Assembly (NCBI RefSeq): GCF_044704955.1
Contig: NC_091978.1
Coordinates: forward strand, 375,162,001 to 375,226,000
Direction: 5' to 3'
Length of the DNA: 64,000 nucleotides
DNA from: Pristiophorus japonicus
Taxonomy: Eukaryota
The notes below the pieces were generated by a model. That model was not told where the DNA came from. It worked only from the letters and a program-made list of their open reading frames with translations, and did no database searches. A program made the translations under genes and the position numbers. Every line of letters starts with the position of its first letter. Within the stretch, counting starts at the first letter, position 1. Positions 1 through 13,500 of the stretch are shown here, piece after piece.

Positions 1-187
1 TGAACGCTTTTTGACATTGTTCTGAGCATTTAAATTTGTAATAAAGATCCTGTTTTATATTTGTTTGCAGTAGTGTGAATTTCTTTCCCAATTTGACAAA
101 ATGCTTGGGTTTAATTTTTAGTTTTACTTCTCCCTCACCCCTCTTCTATTTTTCTTTCACTTTTGCACACGGCCACTGCCACGCACC

Positions 188-825
188 TCATCATAGACAG
201 TCCCTCGAATAGAGAATGACATCTTTCACAGTTCACAGGCGTTTCAATGAAGGACCGAATATTCCGGATCCCAAACTACATGTTTGTCGAGGAAATTTAG
301 CTTAAATTAACTCAGGCGGAGACTTTCAGAATCGTGCTTCGAGAGAGTTTTATTTTAAAAAGCGAGATATCTCGGAGAGCCTGCTTGGACCGTACCAAGG
401 CAGAAAACTCTGCTTGTACAAGCAAATTGTCCCTATCTTTATACAGAAATTGAATACAGAAATAGAAAAGGAATCTTATTCATTAGTCCCGCGAGTACAA
501 AGGTCGTCTCGGGAGGTACACACTCTATCTGTCCTTGCATAGTTTCTCTCTGTTCACAGTCTGATAAGCAGAATATCAGGAGACTCCCTTTTAATACCAG
601 ATGGTCATTTAATTGCATCTCTAAGTTTCAAGGCTGAAAAGCGTGGCTATTTCTCTAGTCCTATTATTTCTTTAAGCATAGCAAAAACAGAATTTAACCC
701 TTCCCTTTTCCATAAGCCATAGATTCATAGATTCTTTCTTCCACAATGTTGAAGGGTGAAAGATGCCTGTGTGTGGATTTTTTTTATTGTGTGTTGGCCG
801 TTGCACACCAGCCACCACACGGGCC
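188..825 (-). mobile_element. Short retroposon with RTE-type 3' tail, split by the solo LTR
   Basis: catcatagacagtccctcgaa...gaatgac resembles the RTE 3' ends at 55390 and 63012; sequence resumes after the LTR. Confidence 0.5.
285..745 (-). mobile_element. Solo LTR, 461 bp
   Basis: TG...CA ends with imperfect inverted repeat (TGTCGAGGAAA / TTTCTTCCACA); 5-bp TSD ATGTT (280-284, 746-750); minus-strand TATAAA (443-438) then AATAAA (354-349). Confidence 0.85.
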
Positions 826-1423
826 ACCACCCTCACACCAGTAGCCTCTCTTACTGCTACTCTGCAACTCCCTATAGCTTCAGGCAATCCCTCAGAATTC
901 TCTTGTTGTAGAAAGATGCCCGGCTTCGACCTGGTTCCACCCAGAGATTGGGTGAGATGGGAAACTGACCTTTAGGGAAACGCAGGGCGAGCTTGCCCTT
1001 TGCCATTTCATTACATGATGTTTATCTCTTACTGCCACCTTTTCTAATTCAGAAATATAATTTTCATAATGACATTACTTTGAAGCAAAAACATCGTTAA
1101 CCTCAAAAACCTGTGCACCAGTGACATAGAAAATTGTGGGAATGTTAGTACCAACCATAATTAATATTTAATAGTGTATCGGAAGTTTTAGTAGACATTA
1201 CATACAGAATGGTTTACATTGGGTAAACTTTTTGAAGTTTTTTTTTAACGCGCTTTTGTGTCATAATTTGGTATATTTTTCCAGATTTAGTTGTGTGATA
1301 CTTGCCTAGAAATGTGTGTTTTGTAAAATCTGTCCAAATGCTGATTTTAATTTCAAAAGATTAATTTATTTTCCTCTTGAATTCTCGCATTTCTAACCTA
1401 CTGTTGTTGGATCTCCTTCCTAG

Positions 1424-1548
1424 GATATGAGTGATGAGGAGATTGCTGCTGAGCTAGCTATAATCCATGCTCAGATGGCCTATGTAATGCAGCTCCAAGG
1501 GCAGAATGACGATGCTTTGCAACTTTACAATCAAGTGATCAAACTGAA
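1424..1548 (+). CDS. SRP72: SRP72 exon (DMSDEEIAAELAIIHAQMAYVMQLQGQNDDALQLYNQVIKLK)
   Basis: cctag|GAT ... AA|gtaagc; 125 nt. Confidence 0.96.
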
Positions 1549-4500
1549 GTAAGCATAAAGGGAGTTGGAGCTCACACATTTAGAACATTACCATATATAT
1601 TTCTGAGTTGGAGTCGTGTCTACATTCTGTTCGTCTTCTGCAGGCCCTCGGATGTTGGACTCCTTGCTGTAACCGCCAATAACATCATTACCCTCAACAA
1701 GGTACGTTATCAGCCCACGTTCAGGTCCAATTTACTGGAAGATATTAATGTTGATGCTTAATTATCATTATCAGAATATAGAGACTTGATGAATCTGAGT
1801 AATTACATAATTACTGTTTTTTAGCGATTTACTCTCTCCTGAAGGTACTCCTGCAGACTTTCCTTGAGCTCTTTCCAATATCTCATTAATTTGACTATTC
1901 CATTGTAGGGACATCAGAGTCCCAGCCTTAATCTCCAATCTCTCAGTCCTGTTTGTGCATCACAAGAGCTTTGGAAGGTTAGAACTACTGCATCACCAGT
2001 TTTGTCACCCATTTATTCACTCTTGGGTGAAACTATTTTTCCCGTTAGTTTACAGCTTTTCTGTTTCTACCAATTCATTCAATAATCTTTAGCTTCCGCT
2101 GTACGTCAAATATTGTATCCTCCTTCTCTAGTTAAAGACCAAAGCACAGTTGTCATTTAGCAGTTCCATCATGCCTTAAATCCTCTACTCAGTGTCAGCT
2201 TGGGTCAGCTGGTATATCACGACTGTCTAACTCACAGTTGGCCTTTTTCTCTTCTACATGCTGCTATTTGGCGACATCTCAGGAGCACATAGGGTCAGGT
2301 TCCACATGTACACTGATTACACCCATCTCTACCTCTCCACCAACTCTCTCGGTCCCTCCACTGCCTCTGTTGTCAGGCTGCTTGTCTGACATCCAGTCCT
2401 GGTGAGCCACAATTTCTTCCATTGTCTTCTACCCCCACCACAAACAGTGTACACTTGAAACCAATTCCATCCCTCTTCCCTGGTCATTGTCTGAGGCTGA
2501 ACCAAACTGTTTGCAGCTTCGGTGACCTATTCAACCCTGAGTTGAACTTTTGATCCCAGATCCTCTGCCTCCGTAACACTCATGCTGCTTGCTCCTAAAG
2601 TGAAGTGGAAACTATATTGATGTCTGTTTGCTAGCTTGTGGTCTCTGACTTGTACTTTCAAGTGTTGCTGATTTTATTGACTTTAATCAAACTGAAGTTA
2701 TAAAATGTTCAGGCACAGAACTCAGCCTATCTCCTCTGCTTGTGGTTTTTTCCATCTGAGCCGTTGAGGCTAATCTCCCTCTCCTCACTCCTTTAATATA
2801 CTTTTTCAGGACACTATCTAATTTCCTTTAAAAATTAAAATAAAATTGAGTATATTCAAGACAGAGATCGATAGATTTTTGGATATTAATGGATATGGGG
2901 ATCTGGCGGAAAGCTGGAGTAGAGGTTGAGGATCCTATTGAATGGCGGAGCAGGCTCAAGGGGCCGAATGACCGACTCCTGTTCCTATTTCTTATGTTCT
3001 TATTGTATAATTTATAGACACCCTTTCAACAATTTGTGACTGAGAATTCCACATTCTAATCGATTTATTTCTGGATTTTTTAATTACATTTAAATTAGCT
3101 TGGTTGGAGTTTCCTTTGTGATCTATTAGCCCCTTAAAACATTGCTGTAAATTTGTACTTCCCAAAATGGCCAAATATTAAGCTACAAGGAATTACACCC
3201 GTTTTAAAATTGGAGTATAAAGAAAATAGGAATTGTGTTTCACACTGAGTAAAGACTAAGGCCCTGATATTGGTGGCCTTAATGCCCACTGCCACCGACT
3301 GTTGCCGAGTTTTGCTGCCGGTTTCCCCTATTTGCCATTTTCCACTTGGGCTGGAGCAGGCACGAGGGGAGTACCGCCGGGAATCGCCTTCCGCCCGCCG
3401 AGCTGCCAGATTGGTGCAGGGCGGGAGTTGGCGCCAGCAGTGAAAAGGGCCGCTGTGTGGTGGATGCTGGTCTAACTCCAACGGTAAGTACGAAGAACGG
3501 AAAAAAGGTGAACATATTTAAGAAAATGTTTTTACAGCGACTTACCTGGATGGGGTCCCCTGAAGGTGTTGCGGTGTTTTTTTTTGCTATGATTTTTATT
3601 TGCAGGTTTTCAACCCTCCCTGGGCCCGACTCCATCCTTGGCGGCACTTGGACGGCAAGAGCCATTGCCGCCGAGATTGAGAGCTCCCGCCCACTGCCGC
3701 CCAGATTGACAGTGTAAGCCGTTATTTTGCCGCCGGCCAGTACTGTTATCTCTTTTAGAGGAATCTTCCCGGCAAAGTACCGCCCGGTCTCTTGACAGTC
3801 CTGTGGGCGGGCCTTGACTTTAACCGAGTTCGGGCCCTAACTTATTTGAGCCGATGCTTTGTGAAAATTGGTCTTTAGTTTAGACTGCCATTGTCATATC
3901 CCTTTCTCTCAAGGCACTACCCTTCAATAATTTCACATCTTTTTTGTAGTGAAATTAGCAGCCCTGCCGTTTATAGTTTCATGCTGTGATTGTAACCTGA
4001 AAGCTTCTAATCCAGATCTGAAACTGCTTCTTCCAGGACCAAAATGTGTTTGATTCAAAGAAAAAAGTCAAACTGACCAATACAGAAGGGGTGGAACATA
4101 AACTCACTCAGAAACAGTTGCAAGCTGTAGAATTCAACAAGGCTTTGTTAGCCATGCATACAAATCAGGTAACGTGACAATCTACTGCTTTATAAATCTT
4201 GTCAACTGCCTATTAACATGTTATGTGCCTCCGTAACAATTTTCCAAAAATATACATGTCTATTTATCCACATTGTCAATGATAGAAATTTCTGCAGGAT
4301 AATTGTTTGCTAAATAGTTGGCACAACTGTGATTGTTACATAATCAAAACAGAAATTGGTGGAAACACTCAGTGGGTCAGGGAGCATCTGTGGAGAGAGA
4401 ACCAGAGTTAACGTTTCAGGTTAATGACCTTTCATTGATGTAACAGGTTCTAAGCAAGGGCAGGGAAAGGGGTGAGGTGAGGAATGTACACAAGGGAAGG

Positions 4501-7500
4501 TCTGATATGGTGGAAGGCAGGAGAGATTAGAGAGACAAAAGAAGCAGAAGATGGGTCTAGAAGAGGTGTAAATGACAACAGCAGAATCATTACCATCAGC
4601 TGCTGTCCACAAAAATAGGAGCAGTAGTTCTGGTCTGAAATTATTGAACTTGCTGTTGAGCCTGCAAGGCTGTAAAGTGCCGAATCGAAAGATGAGCTGT
4701 TCCTTGAGCTTGTTTTGAGCTTCATTAGAACAGTGTAGGAGGCCGAGGACGGAGAATTAAAATTCACAAACGACCAGAAGCTCAGGGTCACTTACGGACT
4801 GAACAGGGGTGTTCAGCAAAGCGGTCACCCAATCTGCGTTTGGTCTCCCCAATGGAGAGGAGACCGCATCGTGAGCAGCGAATACAGTATACTACATTGA
4901 AAGAAGTACAAGTAAATCGTTGTTTCACCTGGAAGGAGTGTTTGGGGCGCTGGACAGTGGGAAGGGTAGGTGTTGCATCTCCTGCGTTTGCACGGGAAGA
5001 TGCCGTGGGAAGGGGATACAGTGTTGGGAGTGATGGGAGAGTGGGCCAGGGTGTTGTGGAGGGAACGGTCGCTTTGGAATGTTGAAGGGGAAGGTGTGTT
5101 TGATGGAGGCTGGTGGGGTGGAAGGGAAGGGAAACCCTATTGTGGTTCTGGGGGGGAAGGGAAGGGGTGAGAGCAGAAGTGTGGGAAATAGGATGGACAT
5201 GGCCAAGGGCCCCGTCAATCACAATGGAAGAGAATCCTTGGTTGAGGAAAATGGAAGACATACTGGAAGCACTGATATGGAAGATGGCATCGTCCGAACA
5301 GATTTGTCGGAGATGGATTCTGCGGCGAGTGTCTCACCTCTTGTCTCCCCAAAGCCTTTCCACCATCTACAAGGCACAAGTCAGGAGTGTGATGGAATAC
5401 TCTCCACTTGCCTGGATGAGTTGCAGCTCCAACAACACTCGAGAAGCTCGACACCATCCAGGACAAAGCAGCCACTTGATCGGCTCCCCATCCACCACCT
5501 TCAACATTCACTCCCTCCACCACCGGCGCACTGTGGCTGCAGTGTGCACCATCTACAAGATGCACTGCAGCAACTCACCAAGGCTTCTTCGGCAGCACTT
5601 CCCAAACCCGCGGCCTCTACCACCTAGAAGGACAAGGGCAGCAGGCGCATGGGAACACCAGCACCTCCACGTTCCCCCACACCATCCTGACTTGAAAATA
5701 TATCGGCCATTCCTATATCGTCGCTGAGTCACAATCCTGGAACTCCCCCCCCAACAGCACTGTGGGAGCACTTTCACCACACGGACTGCAGCGGTTCAAA
5801 AAGGTGGCTCTCCACCACCTGCTCAAGGGGCAATTAAGGATGGGCAATAAATGCTGACCTTGCCAGCGACGCCCACATCCCAGGAACAAATATAAATAAT
5901 CGAGGATCTTCTGTTTATTGCTGTGCCTCTGGCAACTTAACGGTCACTGTGACAGTGAGTGATAAACAATCGTTGGAGATAATGCACAGGGCAATGTCTT
6001 GGTGTATGACCTGATTAGACTTTGACCTAAATTTTTAGGGGACTATAAATGCAATAACTATGTCAGTGCACTGTCCTTTCTGCATGGGTAACTGGGAACA
6101 TAAGGCTGAAGTTTGTTGTATAAAAAATATAGCCCTTGCAGCATTCCCTCCAAACGCTGGAAGTCTCGGTTGGTTCAATGTCATGTGCATGTCATTTACA
6201 TAAAGGAAGAGCCAGGTCCTCGAGAAAATATCTAAATTGTACAGTCCTCATTTATTTTCCCGCTGTGTAGAGATGCGTGTACAACACATCCCTGACCATA
6301 TGGAACGCAGTGTGCATGCTGAATATCATGGGTGTGATGTGTTCTCTGTCTCTGGGCCCGACCTTTGATCAGGGAACGGTGCGAAATGTTCAGGTTTTCC
6401 TCATTTGGGAGGAAATTGTGTTTTTTACGGATTTGCCAATGATCCCTCTGTATGTTGTGCTGATAATCACTCAATCAAGCTCGATAATTATTAATTGTAT
6501 TGTTTGCATGTCATCATTTAACATCTTCCTGGAACGTGTGCTGGTGGAGTCCCCATGATGCTTAAACAAAGGACCCAGAACAGAATAAAACTACCTTCAT
6601 AAATTTCATAATTTTTTAAAGAGGCTGTGGTATAATATGTTGAACTTTTTGTGCTTAGGCTGATCAGTGTCGAAAGCTCACATTAGGTTTGCAGAAGCAG
6701 AACCCAGAGACTCCTCTCCCAGTGTTAATCCAGGCAGCACAGCTGTGTCGAGAAAAACAGCATACCAAGGCTATCCAGCTCCTGGAGGTAAGCCAGTTTG
6801 GATAAATAGAATTGTAGGCTATAATTAAACTTGATTTAATGTTGACTCCATCAACTGTAAGTTGAGCTGCTTTGGCTCATACATGCCCGTTCTTGCGTCC
6901 AAGATGGGGTTTTACACTATTCATTGTCGCCGAGAGCAGGTTCGCTGCTTAGTCACCTCATTGCTGTGCTGTAGCTGCCATTGTTACCTACCTTAAAATA
7001 GGGACTGTGGTTAAAAACAATTCATAGTACTATACGTGAAGTGCTTTTGGGTGTTTGTAAAAGACATAGTAAGGTGTGATATCTTGGCTTTCTTGTGGGA
7101 TCTGATCTGCTTAAATGGTGAAAAGTGAAACTGCTCACAGCGCACACAACCAGGATCCGTAACATTCAGCAACGCACCATGCGCTAATCAAAATGGTGGT
7201 TATTATGCAGGTTTCTTAAACTCGAGTAAAACTCCAGTGGCAAACCTTGCGTAGTGGTTTATGCTTGGGCACCTCCACAAAGATTACATTTGCCAAAGTT
7301 CAAAAGATGGCACTATGACTTGCCAGGAAAATCAGAGGTTTGTAATATTCCACAGTACTCGAGTACACAAAACAACTAAATAGAAGCAGTTCTGTTTGTT
7401 TTGGCTATCAGTGTTCTGGAATCTGCCCCCTTTATATTGCCCTCCTCCGCGGACCAAATCCAGACCTGCAAAGAATAATTTTAGTCAATGAGATCAGATA

Positions 7501-10500
7501 ACTCAACACAGTCCAGATCAAACCTAGGCCCTCGAATCAGTACTGCACCATATGATACATTAGTACACCAAGCCTTAAAGGAAGCTCTCTTTCAAAGAGT
7601 GCCCATTGGTGCAAATAAAGATGAATATAATGAACAAAGGCAGTGTTCAGAACAGGAAGAATATTTCTTAATTCACAGTATTCTTGGGCTTAACCTAAGA
7701 ATTTGTCCAGGAACATTTGGAATATGCTGGACTAGATAAGACTCTTTCAGCGTCTAACAGACAGTGCGGGCTTACGCTCCCTCATGGATCATGGTTTCGA
7801 AATATTGATGTTACTCCTCGGTTTCCTTTCTGGTTCAGTTAGATGTTTTAATATAAATATAGTGAGAAATTGGCTACGTGATCAGTCCGTGTGTGAGCGG
7901 GGTGCAGTGATCAGTCCGTGTGTGAGCGGGGTGCAGTGATCTCCCTGTGTGTGAGCGGGGTACAGTGATCAGTCCGTGTGTGAGCGGGGTACAGTGATCT
8001 CCCTGTGTGTGAGCGGGGTACAGTGATCAGTCCGTGTGTGAGCGGGGTACAGTGATCTCCCTGTGTGTGAGCGGGGTACAGTGATCTCCCTGTGTGTGAG
8101 CAGGGTACAGTGATCTCCCTGTGTGTGAGCAGGGTACAGTGATCTCCCTGTGTGTGAGCGGGGTGCAGTGATCAGTCCGTGTGTGAGCGGGGTGCAGTGA
8201 TCTCCCTGTGTGTGAGCAGGGTACAGTGATCTCCCTGTGTGTGAGCGGGGTACAGTGATCTCCCTGTGTGTGAGCGGGGTACAGTGATCTCCCTGTGTGT
8301 GAGCAGGGTGCAGTGATCTCCCTGTGTGTGAGCGGGGTGCAGTGATCTCCCTGTGTGTGAGCGGGGTGCAGTGATCTCCCTGTGTGTGAGCGGGGTGCAG
8401 TGATCAGTCCGTGTGTGAGCGGGGTACAGTCTATCCATGGATAATCTTATAGTTGCAAAATAGAGATTCTAAAACTCATAAAACGTTACTGTGAAATAAC
8501 GAGTGTTTGTTTGTTTGACATGTACAGAATGAATCGTTAATATCAATGTTTTAACCATGTTTTGACTTTAAGGAGTTCTTAGAGCAACATCCGGAAAGTG
8601 CAGTTGAAATCAAGATGACGATGGCACAGTTATATCTGGTTCAAGGTGAATTCTGATACCGTGGCATGTTACTATTACAAAAGATCTTTATTTTCGGATG
8701 AATACTTGATTATTTTTGGCTGTTTGTCCTGGGTGTAAATGGTCTTTTATGGTGGTGGGAGAACATTATTAAAATGGAAGGGTTGTGTTGTAATGTTGAA
8801 CTATTTCTTAATCACCTTCTTTGTCCTCCTGTTGCTTCTCTCAAGGTCATGTTACAAAAGCATGTGACATCTTAAGATCGATTGATGAAACGTTGAATAA
8901 ACTCGGAATGGTAAGTTATAAAATCTGTAATCGTATCACATAGAACATAAGCAATAGGAGCAGGAGTCGGCCATTCGGCCCCTCGAGCCTGCTCTGCCAT
9001 TCAATACGATCATGGCTGATCTGATCATGGACTCAGCTCCACTTCACTGCCCGCACCCCATAACCCTTGACTCCCTTATTGTTCAAGAGAAGTGGGGATT
9101 AATGTGATTATTTGAGAGATGTTTTGCTTTTAAGATGTGTAGCCGGTGTATTCAATGACTCATATCCACACATTCTGTGTATAATATATAATCTCCAGAC
9201 CTTAATTAAGATTTATCATTCAGAAGCGACCTGTCCTTTCTTTCCTACCCTTGACGATATTCTTGTTAAAAATACCGACGTTCAAATGGTTCATAGTACT
9301 TCACAGTAGAATCTGTCTTTTGTAAATATGGAAAACCTATGATATAATTTTGTGGCATTTAATTTAAAATGTATTTTTGAATTGCTGATAGAAATGCCAG
9401 TGTGAAAAATTTGGTCTGGTTACCTTCCTCTGAAAACGATACTGAGCTGTGTCTACAGACTTGAGTCGTGAATAGACCAGCAGGATGTTTTATTTTGAAC
9501 TGAACAATCTTGCTCCATAACCATGCAACAGTAAATTTGACTCATCCAAGGTCACAGGATGGTCAAAACTCAAGGCCTCAAAGTCAAGGTGCTCACAGAG
9601 CACTTGTTTCAATAACCAGCTGCTTCCTGTCACAATCCTGCTTTCTTTATTGCTGGAGTGGAATTATATACATACCTGGGGAGTTCAGAGCCTACATGAG
9701 TTTCTTTGTTGAAACGTTGCGATAATTAAGAAATGAATTCCGGTGCAGTCCAGCTTTCTGGAATCGATCATTGGTTCATCTGGTCCTGGGTGAGTTGGAT
9801 GCCAGATTAGCTTGGAGCACAGAGACCAGCTCCTTTCGCCCTCGGCTCCTCCACTACCCCGTCCTTGTGTTGCCAGCTTCTCTTTCCTTAATCTCGGCCA
9901 CTGGGGTCCCCTCCTCAGCCTGGGATTGCACACAAATTATTTGTTAATTTTACCGCTTTTAGCTGCCTGATGAGGCAGAGCTTGGAACAGGTACAAAATG
10001 TGAAAGGCTGGGGAGGCAGACAGTGAATGTCGAGAAGGGGGAGAGAGAATGAGAGTCAGAGTCACAGCAAAAACCAGAAGAGATGCAGGAAGCAAAACAA
10101 AAGAAGAATAAAAGAGAAGGTATCTGCAAAGGAGGAAAGAAGGAAGGCTGAAAGGATTGGGTGGAGCAGGAAGAATTGGGGAAGAGTCAATGATAGAAGA
10201 AACGGCAATGCTTTTTTAACAAGATGTAAGATGGGGGAGTGCGAGATGTGATGTTTGCTGGATATTATGGGCCAGCCTAACAAGCAGACACTGACACAAT
10301 GGCCTGGAATTTTCTGTAAATGTGCACAAACAAACTGGCAGTAAACAAATCCATGTTTTATGAGGGCCGTCCATTTCCTGACCTCAGACTGGAGATGCTT
10401 CTGTGGATATTCCAGAAAGATTGAGAGGGCCGGGGAGAGGGTATGGAACGGAAGATAGCCCATGACTCCTGGAAGAAAGCCATTGCGAAATGGGATTGTT

Positions 10501-13500
10501 TTGTGGGGTTTGTTATGTCTCAAATAAAACAATGTGACTGAGTACTGTAGAATTGAGTAAGTGTGACCTTAATTTGGACCCCAGAGTGCTGGCACAGCAT
10601 GGGAGACCTGCTTAGAACAGTGCTCCCAAGGGATGCTGGGATCCCTTGGGACTCCAACAGATGCGCCCTCTGGTGGTGGTAGAATAGAAACATAGAAAAT
10701 AGGTGCAGGAGTAGACCATTCGGCCCTTTGAGCCTGCACCGCCATTCAATGAGTTCATGGCTGAACATGCAACTTCAGTACCCCATTCCTGATTTCTCAC
10801 CATACCCCTTGATTCCCCCTAGTAATAAGGACTACATCTAACTCATTTTTGAATATATTTAGTGAATTGGCCTCAACAACTTTCTGTGGTAGAGAATTCC
10901 ACAGGTTCACCACTCTCTGGGTGAAGAAGTTTCTCCTCATCTCGGTCCTAAATGGCTTACCCCTTATCCTTAGACTGTGACCCCTGGTTCTGGACTTCCC
11001 CAACATTGGGAACATTCTTCCTGCATCTAAGTTGTCTAAACCCGTCAGAATTTTAATCGTTGCTATGAGATCCCCTCTCATTCTTCTGAACTCCAGTGAA
11101 TACAAGCCCAGTTGATCCAGTCTTTCTTGATAGGTCAGTCCCGCCATCCCGGGAATCAGTCTGGTGAACCTTCGCTGCAATCCCTCAATAGCAAGAATGT
11201 CCTTCCTCAAGTTAGGAGACCAAAACTGTACACAATACTCCAGGTGTGGCCTCACCAAGGCCCTGCACAACTGTAGTAACACCTCCCTGCCCCGTACTCA
11301 AATCCCCTCCCTATGAAGGCCAACATGCCATTTGCTTTCTTAACCGCCTGCTGTATCTGCATGCCAACCTTCAATGACTGATGTACCATGACACCCAGGT
11401 CTCGTTGCACCTCCCTTTTTCCTAATCTGTCACCATTCAGATAATAGTCTGTGTCTCTATTTTTACCACCAAAGTGGATAACCTCACATTTATCCACATT
11501 ATACTTCATCTGCCATGCATTTGCCCACTCACCTAACCTATCCAAGTCACTCTGCAGCCTCATAGCATCCTCCTCGCAGCTCACACTGCCACCCAACTTA
11601 GTGTCATCCACAAATTTGGAGATACTACATTTAATCCCCTCGTCTAAATCATTAATGTACAATGTAAACAGCTGGGGCCCCAGCACAGAACCTTGCGGTA
11701 CCCCATTAGTCACTGCCTGCCATTCTGAAAAGTACCCATTTACTCCTACTCTGCTTCCTGTCTGCCAGAATGCTGGTTACAGGGTGTTACATACATAACA
11801 TCACTCCCCCCACCCAAAGTCAATAGTACACTTATTTACAGGGTGTTGCATACATAACAGGTTGATTGGCTTTTTTGTGGTAGAACCATTGTTTCGTGGT
11901 TTCTGTTTTGGAAAATTTTAAAGACAGTAAATTTGTGTTTTGAGATAATGAATTCTGGGGGGTTTATTACTGAGGTAATGAGTCAATTGACATGAATTGT
12001 CACCTGGGAACACGTTGCCATGCTTTATGAACATGTTTGCTTTGTAGGTGTGCACCAGAGATGGTATTTCTATAAATATATTTATAAATTCTACCAATCT
12101 GAAGTTAGTTTATGTTTGAAAGATGAGCAAATTTAGATTTTCTGAAATTGCACTTTAAAGTTCTGTCCAATGAAAATATCATTTTATGTATTAATAGGTG
12201 TCTGCATTAGTTACCATGTATAGCCACGAGGAAGATATTGACACTGCAATTGAGATTTTCTGCCAAGCTATCCAGTGGTACCAAGAACACCAGGTAAATA
12301 TCTTGCTGTGTACTTGATATTTGAATACTGCACAAAAATACAAGATGAGAAAATAGCCACCAGAATGATTATTCGGTGTAGTCCAGTGCCGATAACGTCT
12401 GATTGATAATACATAGGAATAAGCATCAGTGCAGACTGTCTGGCTTTCCCAAGTACATACCTCTAAAGCTAGGGCGAGGGTGAATAACAAGAATGAGAAT
12501 AAGCCATCTTAAAGGTGAGCGAGCCATTTAACAGGAAGTCAACGGATTGAATATTGAACTGGCACTAGGTACCTTTGTTGTATTTCCTACACTTGTGTGT
12601 AGAAACTTCATGTACCAATCCATGCTTGGAAATTACATACTGTTACATATTGTTACATACTGGCTAAAGAAGTTCTCCTGAATGCATTTTAGGAATTCCG
12701 CACCCTCTGTACCATTCACACTACCTTTTTCCCAGTTAATATTCGGGTAGTTGTAATCCCCCACTATTACAGCTCTATAGTTTTTGCACTTTGCAGCAAT
12801 TTGCCACATATTTGCTCTTCTATCTCCCTCTGACTATTTGGGGGACTATAGTACACTCCCAGTAGTGTGATCGCCCCTTTTTTGTTCTTCAATTCAACCC
12901 ATATGGCCTCGTTTGATGATCCCTCTAACATAGCATCCCTTCTCACAGCTGTAATTGTTTCTTTAATTGATACTGCGACCCCCCCCCTCTTTATTTACCC
13001 CCCCTCTCTATCCCGTCTGAAAAATCTGTAACCAGGAATGTTGAGCTGCCATACCTGTCCTTCTTTCAGTAATAGCGATAATATCGTACTCCCAAGTGTT
13101 ACTCTGCTCTCAGCTCATCTGCCTTATTCCCTATACACCTTACATTGATCATTTAGTATCGCCAAACTCCCCTGTTGTCTATGTTCCAGCCCTTATTTCC
13201 TGTTTTCCAAATTCACTTTTCTACTACTCAATTCCAGCTTTGTTTCTCTCCCCACTGAATCTATTCTCAGGTTTCCACCCCACTGCTGAGCTAGTTTAAA
13301 CCCTCCCCAACAACACTAGTAACTCCCCCTCCGGCTTGTACAGGTCCCACCTCCCCCAGAAACGGTCCTAATGCCTCAGGAATCTACTGCCCTCCCGCCT
13401 GCACCATCTCTCCATCCACGCATTCATCTTCTGTATCCTCCTATTTCTGGACTCACTAGCACGTGGCACCGGGAGTAATCCGGAGATTACTACCTTTGAG

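Noticed and set aside
6230-6560. Possible DNA-transposase C-terminal relic on the minus strand (FQEDVK..LSDY..IQRD)
   Set aside because: Only a few scattered residues, several stops, no TIR or TSD found.
7878-8430. CRISPR-like array
   Set aside because: Head-to-tail units with no unique spacers, no cas genes, vertebrate intron.
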